A stretch of DNA of 64,000 bases, taken from NCBI GenBank assembly GCA_024704765.1, contig JAKMXF010000077.1, forward strand, positions 263,220 through 327,219, written 5' to 3'. This DNA comes from Oopsacas minuta. Its lineage: Eukaryota; Animalia; Porifera. This document shows, piece after piece, positions 1 to 12,666 of the stretch. A program made the translations under genes and the position numbers. The notes under the pieces were generated by a model. The model was not told where the DNA came from and did no database searches. It worked only from the letters and a program-made list of their open reading frames with translations. Every line of letters starts with the position of its first letter. The first letter of the stretch is position 1.

Positions 1-197
1 AAATTTTCTACACAAGATCGGCACACTGTATGTGGAGCCCATGTTTTGTCTTGATCACCTAATCTCATTCCAAAATATTCTAAATATGCTTTTTTAACAA
101 ATCCTGTTATTGCCGTAGTTTGTTTAGAAGTCATAAAACTCCCACAAATATAACAAAAGACGTCTGGATCATTACTGCACCTTCTCCGATAAGCCAT
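1..197 (-). mobile_element. Chapaev3 (CMC) transposase 5' fragment running off the window start
   Basis: Manual translation of the minus strand from ATG 197: MAYRRRCSNDPDVFCYICGSFMTSKQTTAITGFVKKAYLEYFGMRLGDQDKTWAPHTVCRSCVEN. Same CY(I/V)CG...LGDQDKxWAPHxxCxxC zinc-finger N-terminus as the element at 19834-22120. TIR not located. Confidence 0.8.
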
Positions 198-439
198 ATG
201 ATAATAAAATATCAAAATAGTAGACTATAGTACAATAAAGCTGTATATAACAAAAATAAAAATAAAAAAATTATGTAGAAAAGAATGGAGTTAAAGGGAC
301 TAATTAGAAAATGCAATAAAGCACGCATCTGTTTATTTCAAAAGACAAAAATTCACACAAGTATCAAATATAATCATTTATTCTAGGGAAGTGTACTTAA
401 AAAAATCGACTTACATTAAAATGACATTTGAGTAAAAAC

Positions 440-2395
440 GAGACGTGATAGGGGAATTCTGATGACAGATTGAGAATCAGCATACTCAAGTTAACTAAAA
501 ACAACCCATGGATAATCATCAGCAAATTTGACGCAGGGCAGTGTAATGATTGTTGAGTCACAAATAGGAGGCAAAAGTAGAGAGATTTTACAAAGTGGTA
601 TCATGAAAACGATTCAAGGAGGAGGAGAAAATATCTTGTTTGGGTTTGCATTTTCTGTAAGGACATAGGACCACCAATCGAAATAACTAATTGCATAAAT
701 GCCCCATGGATATATTTTGGTATTTTAGATTGATTCCACCAAGTTTTCTGGAGAAAGTTCAAGAAAATAACAATGAGGCCAATTTCATGCAGAACAATGC
801 TCCTTGCCACAAGACCAAATGTGTAATGAATTGGTTTAACGGAAATGATCAAAACTCTGTATTGCCTCACATTTCCCCGATCAAAAGGTTAGAGAAAACA
901 TTTGGGAAATAATGATAAGAAAGGTTTATATGAACAAAAGAAACATTATATCGTAATCCGACCTAAAAGAATCAATCATTAGAGTGGGACAACATCTCTA
1001 GTAAAACGCAGCCTACAGGGTGGCTTTTAAGTCCTGACCCATTATATATTTCATTGTCCACATTGCTGGACTATTCTTACATAGATTTACTGATCGAGAT
1101 TTCAAAACACATATTGGAACTAATTATATTTGATTTTGAATTATTGAATGTAGACACCTTTCTTTGTGATTACTGCTCGTAGACGCCCTGACACTGCCTC
1201 TACTGCGCGCGCAGTGTTTCTTCTGGAATTCTAGTCCATTCACTAAGTAGATCCTTCTTTAAAGACGCTCTATTAGTATGAGCTTTGCGCATGCATTTTT
1301 TCCCAATGTGGCCCATATAGAGAAATCCATGGGATTTAGATCTAGGCTAGACGGTGGCCATTCTTCTTTAGTGATAAAATCGGGATTATTTTCTGATAGC
1401 CAGGTCTGAGTGGTACGAGCTGTATGGGGTGGAGCCCATCTTGTTGAAACAAGAATCGACTCTTGTTAAACAGCTAGCACCCAGGTCTTTCACTACAGGT
1501 TCTAAAATACGATCGTTGTATTCTGTAGAGTTGATTTTTACACCCTGGGGAACAAATATCAGTGATGTCCGTCCTAAACCGGAGACCCCTCCCCAGATCA
1601 TCACTGAAAGTGGTCTTTGGACTCTCCGAACATAGCGGAGTTCTTCATTTATAGTGGAAGAAGTAGAAGATAAGATCCTGTCGTTTTGAGAGTTACTGGC
1701 CTCCTCAATTGTGAATAACTTTTCATCCGAATACAGAACATTATGATAGCCATGTTCTGCGAGCCGACTAAGAAGCTTTTTGCTACGAAGTAATAGTTTT
1801 TGTCGAATCGCAGTTGAGAGATAGTGTACCTTTCTTCGTTTGTAAGAAGATAGACCCAGGGAACTTTTCACAATCTTATGAACTGATGTACGCGATATTT
1901 TGAGTTCAGATAACAGTTTGCTCATTGATTGGCGTGGATTTCGCCGAATTATGTCTCTGAGTATTTTCTTTATCCTGGTTGTGGTTACAGTAATTGGACG
2001 TCCACTTCTACTTTTGTCTTTGACACTACCAGTCTCAAGATAACGCTGGATAGTACTAGAGACAAATTTCCTCCGCTCTTTTGGGATATTCAATGATATC
2101 ATAATGTCACATTGGCGCTTCCCATTCACAAATAATTCAATTATAGCAGACCGTTGTCTTTCCATCTAAGCAGTCAAGGGATCGTGTAGAAATATCACTC
2201 GGTTCTAAGTAATAATTATGCTAGACTGCGTACATATACAACATATATAAATATCATAACCTAAGAAAGTATATTATGCTTGTTGTAAAACTGCAAATAT
2301 AGGGGTCAGGACTTAAAAGCCACCCTGTATACTACACAATACCCAAACGGTGAAGGAGATCAAAATAAAGAACGGATACTCTACAAAATATTGAA
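440..2395 (+). pseudogene. Old decayed Tc1-like transposase split by the maT insertion
   Basis: Fragments KTIQGGGENILFG and FMQNNAPCHKTKCVMNWF (600-900). The C-terminus (TVKEIKIKNGYSTKY*) resumes at ~2350-2395, right after the maT element. Ends not found; boundaries approximate. Confidence 0.55.
1016..2327 (-). mobile_element. maT-family (DD37D) Tc1/mariner element with frameshifted transposase
   Basis: TIR CAGGGTGGCTTTTAAGTCCTGACCC at both ends with TA flanks (1014-15, 2328-29); 1312 bp. ORF 2165-1386 has YSDEKLFTIEEASNSQNDR. After a 1-nt deletion, QQDGAPPHTARTTQTWL...WPPSSLDLNPMD gives 37 residues between the 2nd and 3rd Asp. Confidence 0.92.
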
Positions 2396-2679
2396 ATTGA
2401 CATTACGAAACTGAACTTAGCCTAGTATATTCACATACGTTTTCTTCATCTTCTACTTTTAGAATTAGAACCACAACTAATAATCACTTATGAAAATAAT
2501 TTGTCTAACTACTGTACAAAGGACAAACATTGGATAAACAGGTATGGAGGTAAAATAAGGTTTAATACACATGAAATCATTGTGGGGATCATTTTCAATT
2601 CCAAATAACAAATATACAATTCTCCAACGTACTGAAAGGCATTTACTGAATTTTCTGACAAATGAAATACGATGTACTA

Positions 2680-4024
2680 CAGGGTGTAACAAAAGTCTTG
2701 GCCGGTTCTCAATCGTAGATGGATTTAAAATATACTAGTAAATATAGCATACAACGGAAATGCTAGTTGACTGATAGTTACTATATAGTAACTACATTTA
2801 TACTATAGGCATATTGAATATCTTCAACACTGCTCTCGAATTTTTTTAGCATATTTACCTTACCAGTTTTTTTCGGGAAAATGAATGTCGGTGATCACGG
2901 AGTCGAGCTCCGTTCTAAAGCAATTGGAATGCTTGAAGGAGGCATTACTCAAAAAGAGGTAGCTACACGTCTAAGTGTTGGAGTAAGATCAGTACGGAGA
3001 TGGTGGAGTCAACACAAATGCAGTGAGACTATGGAGACTAAGCCTCGATCTGGAAGGCCTCAAATTTTGAAACAGGTATCACGAATTGTGATTAAGAAAT
3101 CCTTGGGGAAAAGGAGGCAATCAACCCGAAAATTGTCGAGGAGACTATCTATCAAAGGAAACCCCATATCTCACATTACAATTCAGCGGCACTTAGCACA
3201 AAGGCTTGATGCCAGACCCTATAAACGTCCCAAATGGGCAAAAATTACACAAAAAATCAAGGAAAATCGATTGAAATTCGCTCGGGATCATGAGAATTGG
3301 TCTTTCGAAGATTGGAATAAGGTGTTCTGGTCTGATGAATCACCCTTTGAGTTATTTCATTCGCCAAACAGACAGAATGATTGAGTATGGGCAATTGGTT
3401 CACAAAATATTGAGCTTATTTGTCAGGTCAAATTCCCAGCGAAAATTATGGTCTGGGGAATGATGTCCACAGAGCGATGTCAGAACTGCACATTGTACCC
3501 CAAAAACAGACCGTCAATGGAGCCTACTATACGAACGAAATATTGAAGAAAACCTGTCTGGATGCGATCGCTCGTAAAGCTAAAAAGGGGTCCATTATTG
3601 AGAGGTCCATGTTGGAAAACATGTCAGAATTTCTGTTCATGCAGGATGGTGCCCCCGCACACACGGCCAATGTCACGCAGCAGTGGTGTTCAGAGAAGTT
3701 CCCTCGGTTTTGGAAGAAAGGGGAGTGGCCAGCTAACTCCCCCGACTTGAATCCGATTGAAAATCTTTGGGGTATTTTATATGAACGGTTGGATGAAATG
3801 GGCCAGGTCACCACGATTCAGGCCCTAATTGCAAACCTAGAAACGGCATGGAAGACGATTTCACCGAACTTACTTCGAAACCTGGTGAATGGGATGCCTA
3901 ATCGAATGAAATTAGTTTTAGAAAGAGGTGGTGATTATATTGGTAAATAATTAGATATTGTGACCTTGAAATATTTTATGTGAGCCACCATAATGCAACC
4001 GGCCAAGACTTTTGTTACACCCTG
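2680..4024 (+). mobile_element. DD37E Tc1-like element (TRT/ITmD37E type)
   Basis: Perfect 28-bp TIR CAGGGTGTAACAAAAGTCTTGGCCGGTT with TA flanks; 1345 bp. Transposase 2881-3950 with WSDES and MQDGAPAH-(37 residues)-NPIENLW. Lesions: TGA at 3382-84 and a 1-nt deletion near 3467. Confidence 0.93.
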
Positions 4025-6330
4025 TAAATAAAGTAATAAATTGTGTCAGGAAATTTACAGACGCCGGAACTTGGGTATTTGCAGGCTTTTGTCCAGTCTT
4101 CTATATTATATCTAGTCTGGGGGATTTTCTTCATCTTAATATCTTATTGAAGCTAGAAAAACCTGCTATAATTATTTTTCTAGTTACTTTGGATGTTCGA
4201 AATCCAACTAGATGGGTCCAGGGATAGATTCGGTTAACCTCTGTATGTGCTTTGAAGTGCAAAGATAAATAACTCGATTAACAGAATAGTGTCGTTTAGA
4301 TATATTCAATATTTTGGAGTTAGAGAAATACTAAAATGATATACATCTTAAGGAATTAAGCTAGTAAGGTACTTATGCGATGTTACTATGCATAAGTTAA
4401 ACTACTAAACCACAAGTAATCTATATATGTGTACAAACAAGGTGAGCAAAATAACCAGGCCTGAACAATTAGCTTCGAATGTGCATTCAGGAAAGATTAC
4501 AACGCCTTATAGTTATAGAGCTGAAAGGGCGTACAAGACGAATACAAACTATTATTATCGTAGGTTTAAAGTCTAGGAGGATCATAGCTTATGTCCTAGA
4601 TGAACACCGTAAAAATGTTTCCATTTTTTGATTTTTAGAGCAAAATTCCAATTACATTCTTCCGAACTATTTCTCCCAAAATGACTTATAGGGTCTTCGG
4701 ACTTACTATTTAGGTTTCTAATAGCTCTCTCTGTCTGAAATCTCTAAACTCAACCCTGAATCCTCGATTTCTAGGGCGAATTTTGACATCGAATATATGT
4801 AAATTTTTGTATAATTCCTTGAAGCCGCGATTCAAAATTATCTGAATTCACAAAGACTTTACTGAATACTCTACTACTTCGTCTATGGATTATCCCATAT
4901 ATCTTTAATAGAATAAATAGAACAGTATTGCCTCGTTTGTTTGACTAATAGTTTCGAGGTGGCCTGAAATGTGCACGCAGCCCGATTTTTGGTCCAACAA
5001 ATATATATATGCACTTGGACTTGGCCTGGTCTAGATTTCTTCGCATCATTAGAGCTAATTGTTGTTTTGACTCTTTTGTTGTAATCACCAATAACTCCGG
5101 AAACAAGAAAACAAGGCTGGCATAGGATTGGAAATTCATAGGCTTGTAGCTTAGGAGGACATAAACAGTGGTACCTTGTTAAGATTAATACTAATGGACA
5201 GTCAAAATGTTTCTTGCCTTATTCAGAAATTCGTAAAACTGTGTTGGTATTAAAGAAGTTCCCCTGTATTAACAAAGGAGTGAATATGGGCAATCTCAAC
5301 ACAATTCCGGAAAGAGCCCGTATATTACAAAGATGAAGTTTTCGGTGTTCCATAGTAGCGAAAATTTCTTGATACGGCTGCATATGTCGCTACATTTGCC
5401 ACATATGGCAGAAGTGGCATAAATTAAACAAAGATCAGAGCTCAGGTGAAAATACTAAGGTATCTATGGTGATTCCTATGTGTAGACTCAATTATGCAGT
5501 CAGACTTTGAATCAAGAAAATATAATTGTAAAAAATATTCGGGATTCAATATTTAACTAGCTCATTAGCAATAAATAAAATGAAAGAGTAGAAAATTCAA
5601 AATATTCGAAAAAATTCACCAGTTTATGCTAACAGTTGCATTTGTCAGAATTTTAGGTATGTATCTGTTAGACAGATGTATGCATTTGTCAGACAGCAGA
5701 ATGAAGTTTGTCCGAATTCAGTAGTACCATTGATCCGAATTTTGAGGGAAGAATTTATCCAGATTTTGATCGAATCATTAGCTAGTCGAACACCTGCATA
5801 ACATAAAGGACCAATCCTGACACTAATCCGAAGTAAAAACCTCTTCAGTACGGTAAGAATAGTGAGCAAAGTACCCATAATAAGAAATTAGAATCACTAA
5901 TTTCTCCTAATACTGGCGTATCAAAATAATGAAAATTCAGCTTTGGGCGCATCATCCTTAAAACCTGGATGAAACCCTACATATCTATGTCATAGCTATG
6001 CCAATGTATGTATATGCCCATGAGCGTATATAAATTCATCTTGTTTGTCCGAATTGTATGAAGAAACTGGAAAACAAGATGGCTGATTTTTGGGATAAGG
6101 GGATATTTGGTTCTGGCTCCGGGGAATTTCAAGTATTTAGCAAAGTTCACACTCATGACGAAAATATGACCTACTCGTCAACTTTTAAGATTTGTCAAAA
6201 CTCACATTATTAGACAGAGCTCAACAAATCTACATGAAAAAGTTTGTTAATTTAATCAGAACACCCCTCACGGTTTCCATTTATATGTGTATCTTATTTG
6301 GTATTTGTCACACCAAATACGATACACATA

Positions 6331-7247
6331 CTCTAAGTGGACAAAAGTATTTCAACACACAAATATATTGTCATAAATTGTATACTCTTTCCCGTTCCTA
6401 TATATTGTGTAGTCTATTATTCGTAGCTGCTATGTAGTAATTTGTATAGAATAACATATGTTTTTCAAGAATTTCAAAAAAATATTTTCGATTTACACTT
6501 TTTGAAGGTGTTAATTATTAATAATTATTAGATAATTATTGATAATCAAAATATGTGGTATTTCAAAGCCTATTAAGAATCTATAATTTCTGGCTTGATA
6601 TTTGAATTCTACGTAGGCGAGTTACCCCAGATTGAAATTTCCAATCGGATTGAACAATTTTTACCAGAGTTATAGATGAATTTCAATTTGTGCCATTTGT
6701 GCCACCTTTTGCCCAAGGTGGCACAAGTGGCCGCTACCAAGAGGTTATTATGGAATTCAAGGGTTAGCATAGTCATATCATTCGAAAATATTACTTCGAC
6801 TTATTCCTCCTAGCCCTAGTTGCTTTCCTTGTAGTGGCGCTTTTTCCTGCCACCTATGCCACTTTTTGAAAAAAGTGGCACAAGTAGGACAAATTGAAAT
6901 TCTTCTATAACTTTAGTAAAAATTGTTCAATCCGATTGGAAATTTCAATCTGGGGTAACTCGCCTACGTAGAATTCAAATATCAAGTCAGAAATTATAGA
7001 TTCTTAATAGGCTTTGAATTACCACGTATTTTGATTATCAATAATTATCTAATAATTATTAATAATTAACACCTTCCAAAAGTGTAAATCGAAATTATTT
7101 TTTTGAAATTCTTGAAAAACATATGTTATTCTATACAAATTACTACATAGCAGCTACGAATATAGACTACACAATATATAGGAACGGGAAAGAGTATCAA
7201 TTTATGACAATATATTTGTGTTTTGAAATACTTTTGTCCACTTAGAG
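6331..7247. mobile_element. Near-palindromic non-autonomous Tc1-type element (long-TIR MITE)
   Basis: Starts TA|CTCTAAGTGGACAAAAGTATTT and ends with the reverse complement |TA. Arms of ~370-400 bp are inverted copies (6331-~6730 vs ~6830-7247). No ORF. Confidence 0.88.
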
Positions 7248-7717
7248 TATAAGGAAACCGTAACACTGAGTAAACCTGGCAATTGGCAACAAAATCACCT
7301 GAAACTTTGTCACCACATCGGATAGGATGGTGTATAGACTACAATATCGTACAGATATAAAAGTAGCGGAGCAACGAAGAAAAAAGAAAGGCCGTCTGCA
7401 CAAATCTCATAAAAGTTAAATTAACTAATCAAAATTTGCGAATAGAACATTTTAAGATAAAGTATGTAAGGAATTAGTTAAGACTAGCTAGAAAATTGAA
7501 ACAGAAATCCTTCATTTGATTTAGGAACCATTTATGTGATGACGGTAGATATATATAAGTTAACAATTACTTCAAATAATTTGTAAAATATATATTTTAC
7601 TCAAATATATTATAGTATGTGTAAATTCGTACATGTACATGACACTCAGATAAATCCATGCTTAACGATATCTAATTGTAAGAAAGATGTCCCAATCATG
7701 GAAATGAAAATAATATA

Positions 7718-10543
7718 CACTGCGTGAACAAAAGTATTCGTACCTTTTGATACTATGTTATGATATCATACACATAATTTATATGATTTCCAAATTACTG
7801 TGAATATACATTTTAAGATTCCACCCAAGAAGGTAAATCCGTCAGTTGACTTAAATATCAATAGGTGAATAAATCTGAATGTACTAGTAGAACAGTCTCT
7901 AATATTTATAACTGTTTAATGTTCTTATGCATATGCTGAAATAGCAACATTTAGAGGTTTAACACTCTATAATTGTACCCAAACCTTTAGATAAACCCCC
8001 TATGATTCTTTCTGTTATTTATTATAGTATTTTATTCGGTCACACTGATTATGACGAAAAAGAAAGAAATTTCCCATGTTAGACAGCAGATTATTGGATT
8101 GAAAAAAGGTGGACATTCTTACGATAGTATTTCTATAATATTATCTGTCCCTAAGTCGACAGTTCAGCCCATCATTATTCGGTGGAAAACATCTAGGACC
8201 ACTAACAATAAACCTCGTTCTGGGAGACCAAGTTTATTATCACCACGAGCCCTTAGGAGACTTAGAGCGACTGTAAAAACGAACAGGTGAAAAACTTTAT
8301 CCCATATCACTACCGAATTCAACCGATCAACTGTTAGCAACCCCGTTTGCTCGAAGACTATTCGACTACGTTTGATGGATCTCGGATTTATGCCGCAGAT
8401 GCCGAAGAAAAAGCCCCTAATATCAGAAAAAAATAGAGTAAACAGGTTAAAATTGTATAAGTTACATGGTAGTTGGAGTATTGAACAATGGAACAAGGTT
8501 ATTTGGTCCGATGAAAGTAGATTTAGACTATTTTATTCGGATGCGAGACAAAAAGTGTGGCGACAAACCAACGAACGCTATCTTCCAGAATGTCCCCGAA
8601 AAAGTATACAAGGAAATGATGGTTCAATAATGGTTTGGGGCAGTTTTATCGGAAACGTTCTTGGACCCTGTTATGTAATTAATGAAAGAATGAATCCTTC
8701 ATCTTATATTCAGAATATTATGTCGAAATTTTACTCGTCTTTCATCTTCAAATTTTAGAAAATTGCACCTCACCGATGTTTCAACAAGACAACGCCCATC
8801 CGCATCGAGCCGCACAAACTCACAAATGGTTTCAACAGAAAGATGTATCAATAATGATCTGGCCTGCTCTAAGCCCCGACTTAAATCCCATAGAAAGTCT
8901 ATGGGACACATTACAAAGGCAAATCAATTCAAGACTAAAGAAGCCAACAACACTACAAGATTTGAAGGAAATTCTTTTAGAGAATGGTACAAAATACCCA
9001 CAACCAAATTAGAAAATTTAGTGGAAAGTATGGCACGAAGGATACTTGCTTTAAAAGAATCGAAGGGCATGCAAACAAGGAACTAAAGTTGGAACTATAC
9101 CGCTCTTCTAATTATGATAGTATTAGGATATATACGATGGGCACTCGAAAGGTTTTGCCGTTTGATATGAAACCATTAATCTGTCAGATATTTTTCGGCA
9201 TCCAACTTTCAGACATATTTTGTTAGTCTACTTTGAAACTTTCATTCATTTATCTCTTCTACTTTCATAAAATTAGATAATTTTAGTATACATGGCTTCT
9301 AAAATATCTCAATCAGAATCAGATCTCACAAAACGTGATTTCAAGCAATGATTTTGATCTTATTCAAACTACAGAAGACAAGAGTGGAAATGTATGAATC
9401 TTTACAGGAACATTTCCCGGATCTAGCTCCTTCTCTAAGTACAGTTGAATGATGGTACAGGGAATTTATTCACGGAAACTTTGTTCTTGAAGATGCCTTC
9501 GTTCAGGAAGACCGAATATTTCACATAATGAAGAAAATGTTAACGAAATGTAGGTCTAATTACTAAAGATCTTCATATTACGTACGCTCAATTAGAGTAT
9601 GAAACCGAGCTATCATCGGGAACAATTAATATCATTTTGCGCAAAGAGCTTTGTGTCAGGAAGTTGTGTGCCCAATGGATCCCCTTCTTTGAACTTACAG
9701 CAAAAAATATCCCGTATAGACTTTTGCAAAATTATGCTCAAAAGATTTGCAAATGGAAGTTCAAGTCCTGTTTCTGGGATCCTTACAGGTGATGAGACAT
9801 GGATATACCATTATGATCCGGAAACAAAGCGAATGTCAAAGGAGTGGGTTAAAGAAGATGCCCCACCTCTAACCAAAGTGCGGAGGGCTAGATCTGTTGG
9901 GAAACAAATATGGGCGATTCTTTACAGATCTAGTGGGTTTGTCGAAGCTGTTGCTCTCGAGGATAGAAAGACTGTTACTGCCGACTGGTACACTACAGTG
10001 TGCCTACCCAAAGTCATCACAGCGGGAGAAAACAGGCATTAGAGGAATTCTTCTTCATCATGATAATGCATCATCGCATACGGCAATCAGAACTCGTGAG
10101 TTTTTGGAAACTTCTGGACTCAAAACATTACCTCACCCACCCTACAGTCTTGATTTAGCCCCTTGGGACTTCTGGTTGTTCCCTAGACTCAAAGATCAAT
10201 TACGTGGGAGGAGATTTTCGACTAATGAGGAGTTGAGAGGGGCACTTTTCCAAGCGATCGGAGACATACCCAAAGAAGAGTGGAAAAAATGTTTGATAAT
10301 TGGTTTACCAGAATGAAAAAATATAGTAGATTGTCAGGGAGAGTATTTTGAAAAATGCAATAGTCAATTTTATTATTACTATCTGATATGTCGATCAACG
10401 TCAAAACTTTTCGAGTGCCCTTCGTACATGAACTCATCTTCTAAATTTAGTCATAGTTGAGCGTGTAGTTTGTACGTATGATATATATAACACGTGGTAA
10501 ATATCTGTATTTGAGGAGTACGAATATTTTTGTTCACGCAGTG
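7718..10543 (+). mobile_element. Tc1 (DD34E) element carrying a nested mariner
   Basis: TIR CACTGCGTGAACAAAAGTATTCGTAC and its inverse, with TA flanks; ~1534 bp net of the insert. Fragmented transposase 8051-9086: IWSDESRF, FQQDNAHPH-(34 residues)-NPIESLW. Confidence 0.92.
9135..10424 (+). mobile_element. mariner (DD34D), family A copy 1, defective
   Basis: 1290 bp; TIR CGA(T/A)GGGCACTCGAAA.GTTTTG; TA TSD. Motifs TGDETWIYHYDPE, HHDNASSH, YSLDLAPWDF. Contains a stop and frameshifts. Confidence 0.93.
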
Positions 10544-11986
10544 TATTTATGAAAAATCGATTTGAATGTTAAAAAAACTGATATGAAGATGTTATAAGAG
10601 AGATATTAAAGCAAATGTGCTGATCATTTACTCAGGATGAATGTATTGACTAAGAGGAGATTAATCATTCGAAATACAAGAATTAAATATAACACCTCAA
10701 CATGACACAATTAGTATACAAAATTCCTAAATTTTGCAAAGGACGATTTGATAATTATCTCATAGACAGACAGTGTGAATTGAGGTGTGATATATCAATG
10801 AGCAAGAAAATGAACAACTTGATGGTATCTGTATTTGAGTTTCATTTAGATATAAATCAGTAGTAAATTCGCTAAGCAAAGTAGCTGGACAAAATTCTAA
10901 ATATAGAATATGAGAATTTTGCATTACTAACATATTATTCATTGTAGCATGTAAATGTCCAAAGGACTAATCATACAAGATAGAAAGGCACCTCTCTAGA
11001 CAATGGCAGTTAATAAATTTCAGATGAATTACTTGACAATTGATAGATTGAGCAAGTGTTAAGGAGTGCTCAAATATAATTGCTGGTATTTGAAGATAAT
11101 TCCAAAGTTATGATTACAATAGATCACCGCTTATACGAATCTCGTTAATACGAACAGGGTCAAATAGTTATACAACCTATGGAAAGGTTTTCATAAAAAC
11201 AGAATTTGATCCAATTCTACTGCGGACAAATAGAAAACAGTCATCCACGCGAATTCGAACAGCAGTGTTTCAGTCGCAAAATAACTCTTTCGGATTAGCG
11301 AAATGCACTGAAACAATCCAATGGTATCTATGAAGTTGTACAACTTCCAGTTCAGATCAGAGAGGGTCTACTGTACCATAATACAAATGTTGGCAGGATT
11401 TTCATCGTTTACAACATTAGAAACTTAGTACTCCTAGATCTTATATACTATAGTATTGTTTCAATGCTATTGACTAATCGGAAAGAATAATTTTGCAATT
11501 TAAACAGTGCAGTTCGGATTAGCGAAGGTGCACTGTAATAATCTGAATGTACTGTGCCAATAGAATATTCTACTATTAGAGCGACTTATCTGGTGAAATA
11601 TGGCCCTAGAGCAGCATTAATAACAGTATTTAATGATCATGTAGAACTATTACAATTTCTATACGATTTGGTATCATAGCATATTTTGTGAATAAAATTT
11701 CATTTGTGGACCGATAGTATCGTGTTGGAATTTCATAATTGAGAGAGTAGAGTAACATATAAATTGTTGGAATGAGATATCCTAAGAGAATAGTTCCAGC
11801 CACTTCTCGGGATATCCAGCACGTATCCCGTTTCGCATATCAGTACAACCGATGATTTGTGAACAAATCAAAATATGTCCACCCAAATGCACACTGTGAA
11901 AACTAAATAGAATCACAAAGAAATTCGAAAAGATGGAAAGATGAGCTCGGGCTGTGAAACGGGTTGGAGTGAGGATGAATACTTAC

Positions 11987-12339
11987 TTTTCAATCAATTC
12001 GCCCAAATTACGCTCTAAGTAGAGCTTTTTCCAAGAATCTTGAGATCCAATATTTTCACAAAATTCCCATCTCGCCAAATATTTATTCTTCCAATAAGAT
12101 TGATTATCTATAAGAGAGACAGAGATTGAAAGAGGGAGATTCGTTGGTAAGCCTTCAATAAGCTTTTTGGCATATCTAACATCAATAGAGGAAAGTTCTT
12201 TTAACAATGGGTAAGATGAGAATGATTTGATCAATGTTGCAACGCAAATATCGGATAAAGGAGAGACAATAAAAAGGTCCCAGTCAGAGTCTTCAGCAAT
12301 TACTCTCCGTATACCTTGGGGATTAGAAGATTTCATTAG
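11987..12339 (-). CDS. TCTE1: Coding exon of a TCTE1/DRC5 (nexin-dynein regulatory complex subunit 5) homolog
   Basis: ORF ...IRRVIAEDSDWDLFIVSPLSDICVATLIKSF...LPLSISVSLIDNQSYWK...W...SWKKLYLERNLGELIE matches the TCTE1 N-terminal pattern RRIIAEDxEWxLxxVPxLxELC...LIDxExYW...SWKRMFFERHLE as I recall it. Acceptor ttttag at 12340-41; donor GTAAGT at 11986 (phase 2). No other exons found. Confidence 0.85.
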
Positions 12340-12591
12340 CTAAAACAATAGAAATAACAGATGATAAAATTGAAAATTTCAAGCAATTAAAACGTCAAAT
12401 TCAAAATACTGAATTCTTGAAACTTCAATTTAAAGAGTCCCGATCTGTGGTCATAAATCTAGTGTAGAAAGGATCTAACTTCAAAATATGTGCCCTCGAT
12501 ATGCGGTTCCTTTGAGAACGTATCGAGGGCATGCGTCATAATTAGGAGTATTGTTATGGAGTTATTCGTGTTTCAAATGTTATTTGGTCAA

Positions 12592-12599
12592 TGACGTCA
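12592..12599. promoter_or_regulatory. Palindromic CRE/ATF-type site TGACGTCA ~250 bp upstream of the DRC5 exon
   Basis: Exact 8-mer in the short unique segment between the exon and the Merlin TIR. Function is inferred only. Confidence 0.25.
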
Positions 12600-12666
12600 C
12601 GAAAATGGTTCTTTGCGTAGATAAATATTGGGTATAACTTTAGGATGCATGAAGGCGATCCTTTTC

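Noticed and set aside
2480-2675. Possible non-LTR ORF2 C-terminal remnant (HWINRYGGKIRFNTHEIIVGII)
   Set aside because: Too short and degenerate, with no RT or endonuclease motif nearby.
5151-5961. Possible TTAA-type (Kolobok-like) non-autonomous element
   Set aside because: The right end reads CATCATCC|TTAA, but the left end (CTTA|GGAGGAC) matches only 5 of 7 bases and lacks TTAA; insufficient support.
10760-11900. Candidate second DRC5 exons (acceptors near 10896 and 11902)
   Set aside because: The required phase gives early stops or peptides with no DRC5 similarity.
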